From assembly GCA_963810965.1 (NCBI GenBank), contig CAWEPT010000017.1:55741-119740 (forward strand): 64,000 nucleotides of DNA, given 5' to 3'. The notes beneath the pieces are model-generated. The model saw only the letters and a program-made list of their open reading frames with translations, was not told where the DNA came from and searched no databases. This DNA comes from an uncultured delta proteobacterium. Lineage in GTDB: Bacteria > Desulfobacterota > Syntrophia > Syntrophales > UBA2192. Of this stretch, positions 32,799 through 42,954 are shown in pieces (the stretch's first letter is position 1; every line of letters starts with the position of its first letter). The position numbers and the translations under genes were made by a program.

Positions 32799-32886
32799 GC
32801 GACCGTGACGGATCGATGCCGATCCGAGTCCGCGGTCCTCGACTACCGATCAACTTCAACAGAAGCATACGCAGAGGAAATGACAT

Positions 32887-34223
32887 ATGATCTTGGTTGA
32901 TAATGCATTGAAAGCCCGGGAGGAACAGGGAAACCCGATCCGCGTCGCGATGATCGGCGCAGGCTTCATGGGGCAGGGCCTCACGAATCAAATCGTGAAC
33001 AGCATGCCGGGCATGCGCATGGTCGCCGTGCAGAATCGCCACCTGGAAAAGGCGTTCCATGTCTACCGCTACTCGGGGCTGGAGGACATCGTCGAGGCGA
33101 CAACACAGGCGCAGATGGAGGATGCCATCCGTGCCGGGAAGCCGGTCGTGACGGAAGATGCCTTCCTGCTGGCGAGATCCGGGCAGGTCGATGTACTGGT
33201 GGACGTGACCGGATCGGTGGAGTTCGGGGCACACGTCGTTCTCGAGGCGTTCAAGCACGGCAAGGACGTCGTCTTGATGAATGCCGAGCTCGACGCGACG
33301 ATCGGGCCGATCCTGCAGGTGTACGCGAAGAAATACGGAGTCATCATGTCGGCGTGCGAAGGGGACGAGCCCGGCGTGCAGATGAACCTCTATCGCTGGG
33401 TCAAGGGGCTTGGGACTGATCCCGCGAGTGCTCGGCAACGTCAAGGGGCTTCAGGATCCATACCGGAATCCGACGACCCAGAAAGGCTTTGCCGAGCGAG
33501 TGGGGCCAGAACCCGGCGATGGTGACGAGCTTTGCCGACGGCTCGAAGATCAGCTTCGAGCAGACCATCGTGGCGAACGCGACCGGGTTTCGTGGTGAAG
33601 TCGCGAGGGATGTCCCGGGGCCTCGAGTACCGCGACGACGTCATGAAGATCGGAAGCATCTACGACATCGAGGAACTGCGCCGACTCGGCGGGATCGTCG
33701 ATTACGTGGTCGGCACGCCGCTGACGAAGGTCTATTGCCTGGCCGAGCACCCCGATCCCAAGCAGCAGCACTACCTGAACCTGTACAAGATGGGAGAGGG
33801 GCCGCTCTACCCGTTCTTCATCCCCTACCATCTGGTCCACTTCGAGGTGCCGAACGCGATCGCGCGGGTGGTGCTGTTCCGCGATCCGGTGGCCCAGCCG
33901 CTGGGAGGGCCGGTGGTCGAAGTCTGCGCCGTGGCCAAGCGCGATCTCAAGGCGGGCGAGGTTCTCGACGACTACGGCATGTACATGACATATGGCGAGG
34001 CCGTCAATGCCGATGAGATGAGCGAGAAGCGATACCTGCCCGAGGGCCTTGTCGAGGGCTGCAGGCTCAAGCGGGATATCCGGAAGGACGCCGTCATCAC
34101 GTACGATGATGTGGACCTTCCGCCGAACCGTCTTGCGGACCGGCTGCGCGCCGAGCAGTACCGTCATTTCCGGGGCGAGACATGGCTGGAGGAGTCATCT
34201 CGGCTGATCGGAGGACCGGATAA
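32887..34223 (+). CDS. NAD(P)-binding homoserine-dehydrogenase-like oxidoreductase with a SAF domain (COG4091-like); frame changes, 3' end uncertain
   Basis: ORFs 32887-33525, 33410-33598, 33489-34016 and 33532-34548. Contains the Rossmann motif IRVAMIGAGFMGQG. The in-frame reading continues to 34548, implausibly overlapping rfbF. Confidence 0.55.
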
Positions 34224-34345
34224 GCAGCGCGGGGATCAGTGCAGGGCCGCGCGCGCGAGTCATCCTGCGCGACGGGGGGATTCGATGAAGGTCATCAGAT
34301 TTCTGCGACAGGATGCGATGGCCGTAAATCTTGCGAGGAAAGCAA

Positions 34346-35142
34346 ATGAAAGTTGTTCTGTTCTGCGGCGGAATGGGCATGAGGTTGAGGGAATATTCGG
34401 AATCGATTCCCAAGCCCATGGTCGAGATCGGATACAGGCCGATCATGTGGCACGTGATGAAGTACTATGCCCATTACGGGCACAAGGATTTTATCCTGTG
34501 CCTGGGATACAAGGCCGACGTGGTGAAAAAATATTTTGTCAATTATGACGAGTGCATCTCGAACGATTTCGTCCTGAGCAACGGGTGCAAGGACGTGGAA
34601 CTGCTGAGCAGCGACATCAGCGATTGGAAAATCACTTTTGTGGACACCGGCCTGCGCTCCAATGTGGGGGAGAGACTCAAGGCAGTTGAAAAGTATGTCG
34701 GTGAGGAAGATGTCTTTCTGGCGAATTATTCGGATGGGTTGACGGACCTTTACTTTCCGGATTATCTGAAAATGTTCCTGGCGAGCAATAAGGTGGCTGC
34801 CTTCGTTTCCGTCAAGCCCACGCAGAGTTTTCACGTCGTGACGTTCCGAAACGGTCAAGACGTGTCCGGCATCCGTCACCTCGGCGATTCGGACATCTGG
34901 ATCAATGGGGGATATTTCATCTTCCGGAAAGAAATCTTTCGATACATGAAAGCAGGGGAAGAACTCGTCGTCGAGCCGTTTCAGAAGGCTCATCGAGGAC
35001 CGGCAGATCGTCACCCTTAGGCACAACGGCTTCTGGGTCGCCATGGATACCTTTAAAGACAAGCAGTATCTGGATGATCTGGTTTCGACGGACAGGGCGC
35101 CGTGGGAAGTGTGGAAGACGGACGGAGTCGAGGGACAGGTGA
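34346..35142 (+). CDS. rfbF: Glucose-1-phosphate cytidylyltransferase (frame changes near 34990 and the 3' end)
   Basis: MKVVLFCGGMGMRLREYSESIPKPMVEIGYRPIMWHVMKYYAHYGHKDFILCLGYK in ORF 34331-35020. The continuation ..FWVAMDTFKDKQYLDDL..APWEVW lies in ORF 35043-35315. Confidence 0.85.
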
Positions 35143-35151
35143 AAATGCGGC

Positions 35152-35808
35152 ATGCTGAATATCAGGCTCGCACAAAGAGAAAAAGGGCCCCTGAACATAC
35201 TCTGTTTGGGTGCGCACAGCGACGACATCGAAATCGGCTGCGGGGGCACGATCCTGCAACTGCAGAAAAGGAACGAGAACCTCGTGTTTTACTGGGTCGT
35301 GTTCAGTGCGAATGAGAAACGGAAAAAAGAGGCTCACGCAAGCGCAAGGGCGTTTCTGTCCGAAGCAAAAAAGTATACGGTTGTCACGAAGAATTTCAAG
35401 GACGGCTATTTCCCTTATTTCGGGGCGGAAATAAAGGAGTATTTCGAAACGCTGAAAAAAGCGTTCTCCCCGGATCTGATCTTGACGCCATACCCGTCAT
35501 GATTTGCACCAGGATCATCGTCTCCTATCGGAGCTGACATGGAATACATTCCGAGACCATATGATCCTGGAATACGAAATAGCCAAGTACGATGGGGATC
35601 TGGGTTCGCCGAACTGTTTGTGCACCTCGATGAGGACGTCTGCAGGAAAAAAGCGAATCTGATACGCACGATATTCAGAACGCAGGCCGGGAATCACTGG
35701 TTTTCGGAAGAGATCTTTCTATCCCTGTTGAGGCTGAGGGGTATCGAGTCGAACGCGCCCACAGGATACGCTGAAGCCTTTTACAGCCGAAAAGCGGTGC
35801 TGGGATAG
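35152..35808 (+). CDS. PIG-L/LmbE-family deacetylase (2 frame changes)
   Basis: ORFs 35152-35502 and 35539-35808 plus a middle frame. Contains ILCLGAHSDDIEIGCGGT and HQDH. Confidence 0.75.
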
Positions 35809-35814
35809 CAGCCA

Positions 35815-36966
35815 ATGCATGTGGGGAGAGGATCTGCGAGCATCCGGGAAATGGAAAGACCGATGAAATGGAGAGCGGGCGATTGGGTGGAAGTCCGAAG
35901 CAAGGAGGAGATCCTCGGCACGCTCGACAGCTCGGGCCGGCTGGAGGAGCTGCCGTTCATGCCGGAAATGTTTCGGTATTGCGGGCAGCGTTTCCGCGTC
36001 TACAAGAGGGCGCACAAGACGTGCGACACGGTGAGCCGGACCGGGGGGCGGCGTCTGAAGGATGCGGTCCACCTCGAACTGCGCTGTGACGGCGAGGCCC
36101 ACGGCGGCTGTCAGGCGGCATGCCTGCTGTTCTGGAAAACGGCGTGGCTCAAGCCGGTCGGCGGGACGGGCGAGGCGTCCTCGGGCCGGGATCGTTCCAC
36201 GGACACGCCTGCGCCGGACTCGTGCACGGAAGAGCATGTGCGGGCCGCAGCGAGCAGGAACGATCCGGCGGCCGAGCCCGGCGAGACGGTGTACGTCTGC
36301 CAGGCCACGGAATTGACCCGGATCACCGAGTATCTTCCCTGGTGGGACATGAGGCAGTACCTGGAGGACGTCACGTCGGGGAACGTCACCGTCGGCCGCC
36401 TGTTCTGCGGGATGGTCTATGCGTGCTTCTGGGAGGTGCTGGAGCACTCTGGGAATGCGCTGGGAGGTGCGCTGGTCCGGTTCTACGACCGATATCACCG
36501 ACTCTGGGGCGGGCTGCCCTTCCCGAGAAAGATGGGGACAATCCCGGCGGACCGGAGCACGCCGACCCTTGCCCTGAACCTCCAGCCCGGGGAACTCGTC
36601 CGGGTCCGGTCGCACGACGAAATCCTGTCGACCCTGAACACGGAAGGGAAAAACCGGGGACTTTCATTCGACGGTGAGCAGGTGCCCTTCTGTGGCGGCG
36701 TGTACCGCATCCGGTCCCGGGTCTCGAAATTCATCGATGAGAGAACAGGCAGGATGAAGTCGATGAAAAACGAAGCGGTTATTCTGGAGGGGGTATGGTG
36801 CCAGGCGAGGTACAGCGATTGCCGCATGATGTGCCCGCGAAGCATCTATTCGTGGTGGCGCGAGATCTGGCTCGAGCGGATTTCTGAAAGCGAGAGCCGT
36901 TGCGAAGGGGCTGTCCCGGGAGGGGCCGGGGAAACGGGCCTTACCCCGCACGGAAGAGGCCGATAA
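35815..36966 (+). CDS. Hypothetical protein with an internally duplicated Cys-containing domain
   Basis: Intact 383-aa ORF; the start may be an internal ATG at 35851 or 35863. The N-terminal and C-terminal thirds align with each other (G[DE].V.VRS..EIL.TL...G....L.F..E....CG...R...R..K..D...RTG...........LE..C.......C......W....WL). Confidence 0.5.
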   Translation: MHVGRGSASIREMERPMKWRAGDWVEVRSKEEILGTLDSSGRLEELPFMPEMFRYCGQRFRVYKRAHKTCDTVSRTGGRRLKDAVHLELRCDGEAHGGCQAACLLFWKTAWLKPVGGTGEASSGRDRSTDTPAPDSCTEEHVRAAASRNDPAAEPGETVYVCQATELTRITEYLPWWDMRQYLEDVTSGNVTVGRLFCGMVYACFWEVLEHSGNALGGALVRFYDRYHRLWGGLPFPRKMGTIPADRSTPTLALNLQPGELVRVRSHDEILSTLNTEGKNRGLSFDGEQVPFCGGVYRIRSRVSKFIDERTGRMKSMKNEAVILEGVWCQARYSDCRMMCPRSIYSWWREIWLERISESESRCEGAVPGGAGETGLTPHGRGR

Positions 36967-37034
36967 TCCAAAACTGCCGGGAGAAACGGGTTTTCCACGG
37001 GAGACGAAGCAAGACAAGATTGGGGAGGTAATCC

Positions 37035-38169
37035 ATGATAAAATCGTTCGAAAAGCCCATCTATGTGACGAGACCGTTCCTGCCGCCGCTGGCAGAGTTT
37101 TGCAGGGACCTGGAGGAAATCTGGGAGTCTCGATGGTTGACCAACAACGGCCCCGTTCTCCAGCGGTACACGCAGGAGCTCTGCAATACCTTCGAAACAG
37201 AGAATGTGTGTCTCTTCAACAACGGGACCCTCGCGCTGCAGATCGCCCTGCAAGGGATGGGCATCACCGGCGAAGTCATCACGACCCCTTATTCCTTTGT
37301 TGCCACGACGCACTCGCTATTCTGGAACAAGATCAGGCCCATTTTCGTTGATATCGAGCCCGAATACTACAACCTGGATCCGGAAAAAGTTGAAGCGGCA
37401 ATCACGCCTTGGACAACCGCGATCCTGGCCGTGCACGTTTACGGTCATCCCTGCAAGCTGAATGCGCTAGCCGACATCGCAAGGCGAAACAACCTGAAGC
37501 TCATTTATGATGCGGCCCACGCCTTCGGTGTCAAAGTGAACAATCACCCGATTTCCCACTTCGGGGATCTGAGCATGTTCAGTTTTCACGCGACGAAAAC
37601 GTATCATTCCTTCGAAGGCGGCATGCTGACGTTCAAGGAATCCGGATTGAAGGGCGTGTTCGATTATTTGAAGAACTTCGGCTTCAAGGATGAGATGGAA
37701 GTCGTCATGCCGGGGACGAACGCTAAAATGAACGAGATCCAAGCCCTGATGGGGACTCCATGTGTTAAAACACCACGAGGAAATCGTGGAGCAGCGCTCA
37801 AAGATCACGCAGCTCTATCGGGAGCTCTTGATTGATGTGCCGGGCATTCGCTTGGCGGCACCGCTGCCGTCCAATGTCCGATACAACCATTCCTACATGC
37901 CCATCGAGGTAGAGGAACGTGAGTTCGGAATGAACCGCGATACCCTGTACGACAGGCTCAAGGAATGGAACGTTTTCACTCGGCGCTATTTCTATCCGCT
38001 CATCTGTGACTTCGCCTGCTACCGCAGCGTGTCCATGAACGATCCGCTGACGGTAGCCCGTCGTGTGTCGGACTCGATACTGACCCTGCCGATTTACGAA
38101 AGCCTGCCTTTGTCGGATGTAGGGACCATCTGCGAGATTATCAAGTCCCTGCATCGCAATAATACGTGA
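37035..38169 (+). CDS. DegT/DnrJ/EryC1-family sugar aminotransferase (frame change near 37760)
   Basis: ORFs 37035-37835 and 37762-38169. Motifs include NNGTLALQIAL, FSFHATKTYHSFEGG and NAKMNEIQALMG. Confidence 0.8.
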
Positions 38170-38320
38170 CTCACGCAGCGGTAGTGTCTCTGCCGGGGAT
38201 GGGTTGGGCAAAGAGCGGTGCCGTCCAATCGTGGCATGAAGCAGTCCATGCCGGGCTTGTAACCGACCATGAATCTCGTAAAGCAGGGACAAAGAGGACA
38301 AGCCGAACAGGGGAGGGGGC

Positions 38321-39034
38321 ATGAAAAAAGTCGTCATTTTCGGAAATACACGATGGGCAGAGCTGGTGAACTTCTGTATCACCGAGGATTCATTCTTTGA
38401 GGTGGCCGGATTCACGGTTGACCCGCAATATATCCATAATCCCACATTTGCGGGACTGCCCGTCGCTCCGTTCGACACCGTCGAGCAGATTTTCCCGCCG
38501 ACCGAGTACGCCATGTTGATTGCCCTCAGCTATCAGCAAATGAACAAACTGAGGAGAGACAAGTATCTTCAGGCCAAGTCGAAAGGGTACGAACTGGTTT
38601 CGTACGTTTCATCGAGGTCCACGACGTGGCCCGACTTGGCGTTGGGCGAAAACTGCCTGATCATCGATGCCTGTGTCAATCCCCTTGTGACAGTGGGCAA
38701 CAATGTGTCCATCGGTGCAAATGCTATGATCGGTCACCATGCCGTGCTCATGGACCATTGTTTCATCTCGCCCGGAGCCGTCCTGTTGGGGAGTGTTACC
38801 GTCGGGCCGTCCAGTCTCGTCGGCGCCAATGCAACCATCCGGGAGGGAGTGACGATTGCCCCCGAATGCCTCATCGGCTCCGGAGTGACCATCACGAGCA
38901 ACACCCTTGAGAAGGGGGTTTACCTGGGGCGATCCCCGCAGCTGCTGCCGAAGGGGAGTGACAGGCTGACCACATGGCTCACCTGGTCCGTACCGAAGGG
39001 GGGAACGACGAGGAAAGCGCCCCGGTCAACCTGA
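38321..39034 (+). CDS. NeuD/PglD-family hexapeptide sugar N-acyltransferase
   Basis: 237-aa ORF. It has an N-terminal Rossmann-like KKVVIFGN... region followed by hexapeptide repeats (IGANAMIGHHAVL, VGANATIREGVTI, IGSGVTI). Confidence 0.75.
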   Translation: MKKVVIFGNTRWAELVNFCITEDSFFEVAGFTVDPQYIHNPTFAGLPVAPFDTVEQIFPPTEYAMLIALSYQQMNKLRRDKYLQAKSKGYELVSYVSSRSTTWPDLALGENCLIIDACVNPLVTVGNNVSIGANAMIGHHAVLMDHCFISPGAVLLGSVTVGPSSLVGANATIREGVTIAPECLIGSGVTITSNTLEKGVYLGRSPQLLPKGSDRLTTWLTWSVPKGGTTRKAPRST

Positions 39035-39217
39035 CATCGCGGCCCTCGGATGCGGGGTGCGTCGGGCCGGTTGACTTGTACGGCGTCGGCACGACGCAGG
39101 AAACGAGAGAGTCTGCGAGACCGTTTCATGCCGTTCGGCCCGCGACATGCGTTACATGCCTGTTACGACGCGACCGATTCGTCACCATCGATTCCATTGA
39201 AGGGAGGCTGTGTTCCG

Positions 39218-39469
39218 ATGAGTATTCTTGCACATCTCGAAAAATTTTTATTGGAGGAGGTTGCCGTTGATACCAGTCGAAAGTCGCTGGCGCCGGATGA
39301 TGATCTGCTCGAGCAGGGGGTTGTCGACTCGATGGGAATCCTGAAGCTGGTCGCTTACATCGAGGAGACCTATGGCGTGCAGATAGACGACGAGGATGTC
39401 ATCCCGGAGAACTTTCAAACCCTCGCGTGCATGGTGACGTTCATCGAACGCAAAACGCGGGGCAAGTGA
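39218..39469 (+). CDS. Acyl/peptidyl carrier protein (DltC-like)
   Basis: Lies within ORF 39050-39469. ATG 39218 follows GGGAGG. It is 83 aa long, with the phosphopantetheine site GVVDSMGILKL. Confidence 0.8.
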   Translation: MSILAHLEKFLLEEVAVDTSRKSLAPDDDLLEQGVVDSMGILKLVAYIEETYGVQIDDEDVIPENFQTLACMVTFIERKTRGK

Positions 39470-39524
39470 CGGACCAGCTCGTGGTTCCGACCCGGCAGAA
39501 GGCAGGGCGAAGGATAACGGAACG

Positions 39525-39782
39525 GTGCGATGCAGCCGGACCAATGGCGGCGAAGCGGTGGATGAGCCTTCACGTTTATTGTGCCGTCGTCTGTGCAGTG
39601 CTCAAGATACATTTCAAGAGTGCGGCGCGTTCGGTTTCGATTTCCATCGGAGGCTGTTCCGCGACTCCGCTGCTTTGCTGAGAAGGAAAGGGCGCCTGAT
39701 CTTTGAAATTGCAGCAGGGCAGGAAGCGTGGAACGACCGGTGTTTTTGCGGGGAGGAGGAGTACGAACGGATTCAGTACTAG
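39525..39782 (+). pseudogene. Possible 3' remnant of a HemK/PrmC-like methyltransferase
   Basis: ..DEPSR....GFDFHRRLFRDSAALLRRKGRLIFEIAAGQE resembles the C-terminal third of PrmC-type enzymes. No SAM-binding or NPPY region lies upstream. After the stop, the reading ..GGTEIRVISAVR continues the resemblance. Confidence 0.3.
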
Positions 39783-39915
39783 GAAGGCGGGACGGAAATC
39801 CGGGTGATCTCCGCCGTCAGGATGTGGAAGCGAAAGCGTTTTCCGCGAGTCGGTCGAGGGAGGCGGCATGCGTGTGATAACGGGAATCCGTGAACGGGGA
39901 AAATGAGGGTGCGAA

Positions 39916-41061
39916 ATGAATTTCGAGTTCAGTGAGGAGCAGCTGCAGTACAAGATCAACGCCGTTGAGTTTGCGAAGAAAAAACTCAACGATGACCTGA
40001 TCAGGCGGGATCGGGACGCCGCGTTCTCTCGCGAACTGTGGCAAATGTGCGCCGATTACGGAATTCTGGGTTTTTCGTTTCCAGAGCAGTACGGGGGAAA
40101 CGGAGCGGACATCGTCAGCACGATGCTGCTCATGGAAGGCCTGGGATACGGGTGCAAAGACAGTGGGCTGCTGTTTGCGCTAAACGGGCAGATGTGGTCG
40201 GTTCAGATGCCCATTCTGAATTTCGGCACCGAAGAACAGAAAAACCGGTATTTGCCGAAACTGTGCCGGGGCGAGTGGATCGGTGCGGACAGCATCACGG
40301 AGCCGGACTCCGGGTCCGACGCCTACAGCCTTCGGACCACGGCAATGCTGGAAGCCGGGGAGTACGTCCTGAACGGCGCAAAGACATTTTGCACGATGGC
40401 CCCCGAAGCAGACGTGTTTGTCGTGTTTGCCACCGTGGATAGGCGAAAGGGATTCATGGGTGTAACCGGATTCATCGTTGAGCGGAACGCGCCGGGCTTT
40501 ACCGTCGGCAAGGGCATCGAGAAGATGGGGCTTAGGACGGCTCCCTTCGCAGAGCTATTTTTCGAGGACTGCCGGATTCCAGCCGAAAACCGCCTCGGCA
40601 GGGAGGGAAACGGGGCGAAGATTTTCGATGACATCATCGAGTGGGAGCGGGGGTGCATCCTGGCAAGCTTCATTGGCGCGATGGAGAGACAGCTCGAGCA
40701 GTGCATCCGGTATGCCCGGGAGCGGAAGCAATTTGGAAAGTCCATCGGAAAGAACCAGTCCATAGCCAACCGTATCGTCGACATGAAGGTCCGGATGGAA
40801 ACGGCGCGGCTGATCCTGTATCGGTTGGCATGGACGAAAGAAACACACGGAAAAGCCCCGATGGAGGCAGCCATGGCCAAACTGTACCTGAGCGAGGCAT
40901 GGGTCCAGTCCTGCCTCGATGCGGTCCAGATCCACGGGGGGTACGGCTACACGACGGAATTCGAGCTGGAGAGGGACTTGCGGGACTCCATCGGCAGCCG
41001 AATCTATTCCGGGACAAACGAGATTCAGCGAAATATCATTGCCCGCTACCTGGGGCTGTAA
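39916..41061 (+). CDS. Acyl-CoA dehydrogenase-family flavoprotein (probably acts on a carrier-protein thioester)
   Basis: Intact 381-aa ORF with an ACAD fold (ITEPDSGSDA, NGAKTFCT, IHGGYGYT). The MCAD-position catalytic Glu in YEGT is Ser here (YSGTNEIQRNI). Confidence 0.8.
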   Translation: MNFEFSEEQLQYKINAVEFAKKKLNDDLIRRDRDAAFSRELWQMCADYGILGFSFPEQYGGNGADIVSTMLLMEGLGYGCKDSGLLFALNGQMWSVQMPILNFGTEEQKNRYLPKLCRGEWIGADSITEPDSGSDAYSLRTTAMLEAGEYVLNGAKTFCTMAPEADVFVVFATVDRRKGFMGVTGFIVERNAPGFTVGKGIEKMGLRTAPFAELFFEDCRIPAENRLGREGNGAKIFDDIIEWERGCILASFIGAMERQLEQCIRYARERKQFGKSIGKNQSIANRIVDMKVRMETARLILYRLAWTKETHGKAPMEAAMAKLYLSEAWVQSCLDAVQIHGGYGYTTEFELERDLRDSIGSRIYSGTNEIQRNIIARYLGL

Positions 41062-41240
41062 CCCGTCGGGCGGGAAGGGTGCGCAAGGCAAATGACGTAC
41101 CACATTTGGGGCTGGCAGGCTTGCGCCGCTGGAAGGAAATGAGGATGCGTTGCGCATCCGCAACGCAATGACCCCGGGCGGCACGTGACAGTTGCCAGAC
41201 GAACGGACGAATCGTACCCCTTCAAACGAGGTGATGATGC

Positions 41241-42880
41241 ATGCTTTACTTGTTGCACCAGCTTGTATCGGAAAGCGCTCTGAGATTTCCTGAACGGATA
41301 GCCGTTCGCTTTCAGGGCCGCGGCATCACCTATGCGGATCTGGAGAGCGAGTCAGGCAAACTGGCCCGGGTCCTCGGCGGAAATGGGCGTGAAGAGAGGG
41401 GACAGGGTCGGGATTCACTTGAACCGGTCCATCCACTCCGTCATCGGGGCCCTGGGGATCCTGAAGGCGGGGGCGGCGTACGTGCCCATCGATCCCATGG
41501 CTCCTGCGGCTCGCATCGACTACATCGTGAACAAGTGCGGGATACGCCATCTGATCACATCGCAGAAAAGGCTCGGGGCCCTGGAGGGAGTCTTTCCCTC
41601 GGGTGCCCCGCTGCAGGGAGTATTCAGTCATGGACGGCCGGGAATCCCGGCCGCAACCGTTCGGGTCGGCGGTCCAGGTCGATTGGGAGGAGGTCCGGGA
41701 CGGAATCCCCGACGGCGACCGAGATGCGGCGAGCCTGGATTCCGACCTTGCGTATATCCTGTTCACGTCGGGATCCACCGGCAATCCGAAGGGGGTCATG
41801 ATCACACATCGCAATTCCCTTACCTTTGTCGATACGGCTCACGATTTTTTCGGGATCGACAAGGAGGATCGGTTTTCGAACATCTGCCCTCTGCACTTCG
41901 ACATGTCCGTCTTCGATCTGTACGTAGCGTTCAAGGCGGGGGCATCCGTGGTCATCATCCCGGAGAGCGCGGCGATTTTTTCTGCGAAGCTGGCGGAAAC
42001 CATCGAAAAAGACAGAATCACCGTGTGGAACTCCGTGCCGTCGGCGCTCTCCCTCCTGGCCAACTATGGGAAGCTGGATCAGCACGACCTGTCGGGATTG
42101 AGGCTGGTTCTCTTTGCCGGCGAGGTGTTTCCTGTGAAATATCTGCGGCGGCTCAAGGAATGCGTCCCGGCGGCGAGGTTCTGCAATATGTACGGGCAGA
42201 CGGAGGCCAACACGTCGACTTATTACTGGGTCGACCGGGTTCCCGCGGACGACAGGCAGGTGCTTCCGATCGGCAAATCGCTCCCGAACTTCGACGTGTT
42301 TGCCCTGGACGAGGACGGCCGCAAGATCGAAGGGCCGGGACACGAGGGCGAATTGTTCGTGAGAGCCTCCTCGGTCGCCCGCGGCTATTGGGGGGACGAG
42401 GAAAGAACTCGGCAAAACTTCGTGCGGAACCCCCTGCTGCCGGACCTGAACGAGACGGTGTACCGGACGGGCGACCGGGTCCGGATGGACCCCGACGGGA
42501 ATTACGTGTTCCTCGGCCGCAAGGATCACATGATCAAGAGCCGGGGCTACCGGATCGAGATCGGGGAGATCGAGGCCGTGCTGCAGAACCATCCCGGCGT
42601 CCGGCAGGCCGTCGTCGTCCCGATACCGGACGATCTCATCGGCAACCGGATTTCCGTGCTGATCGTTCCCGCGGCGCGGGAAGGGATCGGGAAGGAGGAG
42701 ATCCTCGCCTACTGCTCCGGCCATCTGCCGAAGTACATGATCCCGGAGATCGTGGAGTTCCGGGACCGCCTGCCGACGACCTCCTCGGGAAAGGTGGACC
42801 GGGCGAAACTGGCGGCGGTGGAGAGGCCCATAGGAAATCGCGGCGCGAGAGAATGCAGGGCCGCGGGTCCACGGCGGTGA
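41241..42880 (+). CDS. Stand-alone NRPS-type adenylation enzyme (DltA-like) (2 frame changes)
   Basis: ORFs 41241-41801, 41332-42891 and 41603-42880. Core motifs seen: LAYILFTSGSTGNPKGV, HFDMSVFD, NMYGQTEA, YRTGDRV, GRKDHMIKSRGYRIEIGEIE and SSGKVDR. Confidence 0.85.
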
Positions 42881-42954
42881 ACATCCGGTGACCCGGTGAG
42901 CGCTGAACGGTGCGCTCGAACGAGTGCAAAGAATCCAGGGGAAAGGAATCGTCA

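Noticed and set aside
33532-34548. ORF tail extending the SAF-domain oxidoreductase about 200 nt into rfbF.
   Set aside because: The overlap with a strongly supported gene that has its own RBS is implausible. The natural stop was probably lost to an indel; alternative-frame stops lie at 34205-34207 and 34221-34223.
35043-35315. RfbF C-terminal frame reading on to 35315 across the PIG-L deacetylase start.
   Set aside because: RfbF homologues end shortly after the APW.VW motif. A frame-shifted TGA at 35140-35142 just before ATG 35152 is the more likely end.
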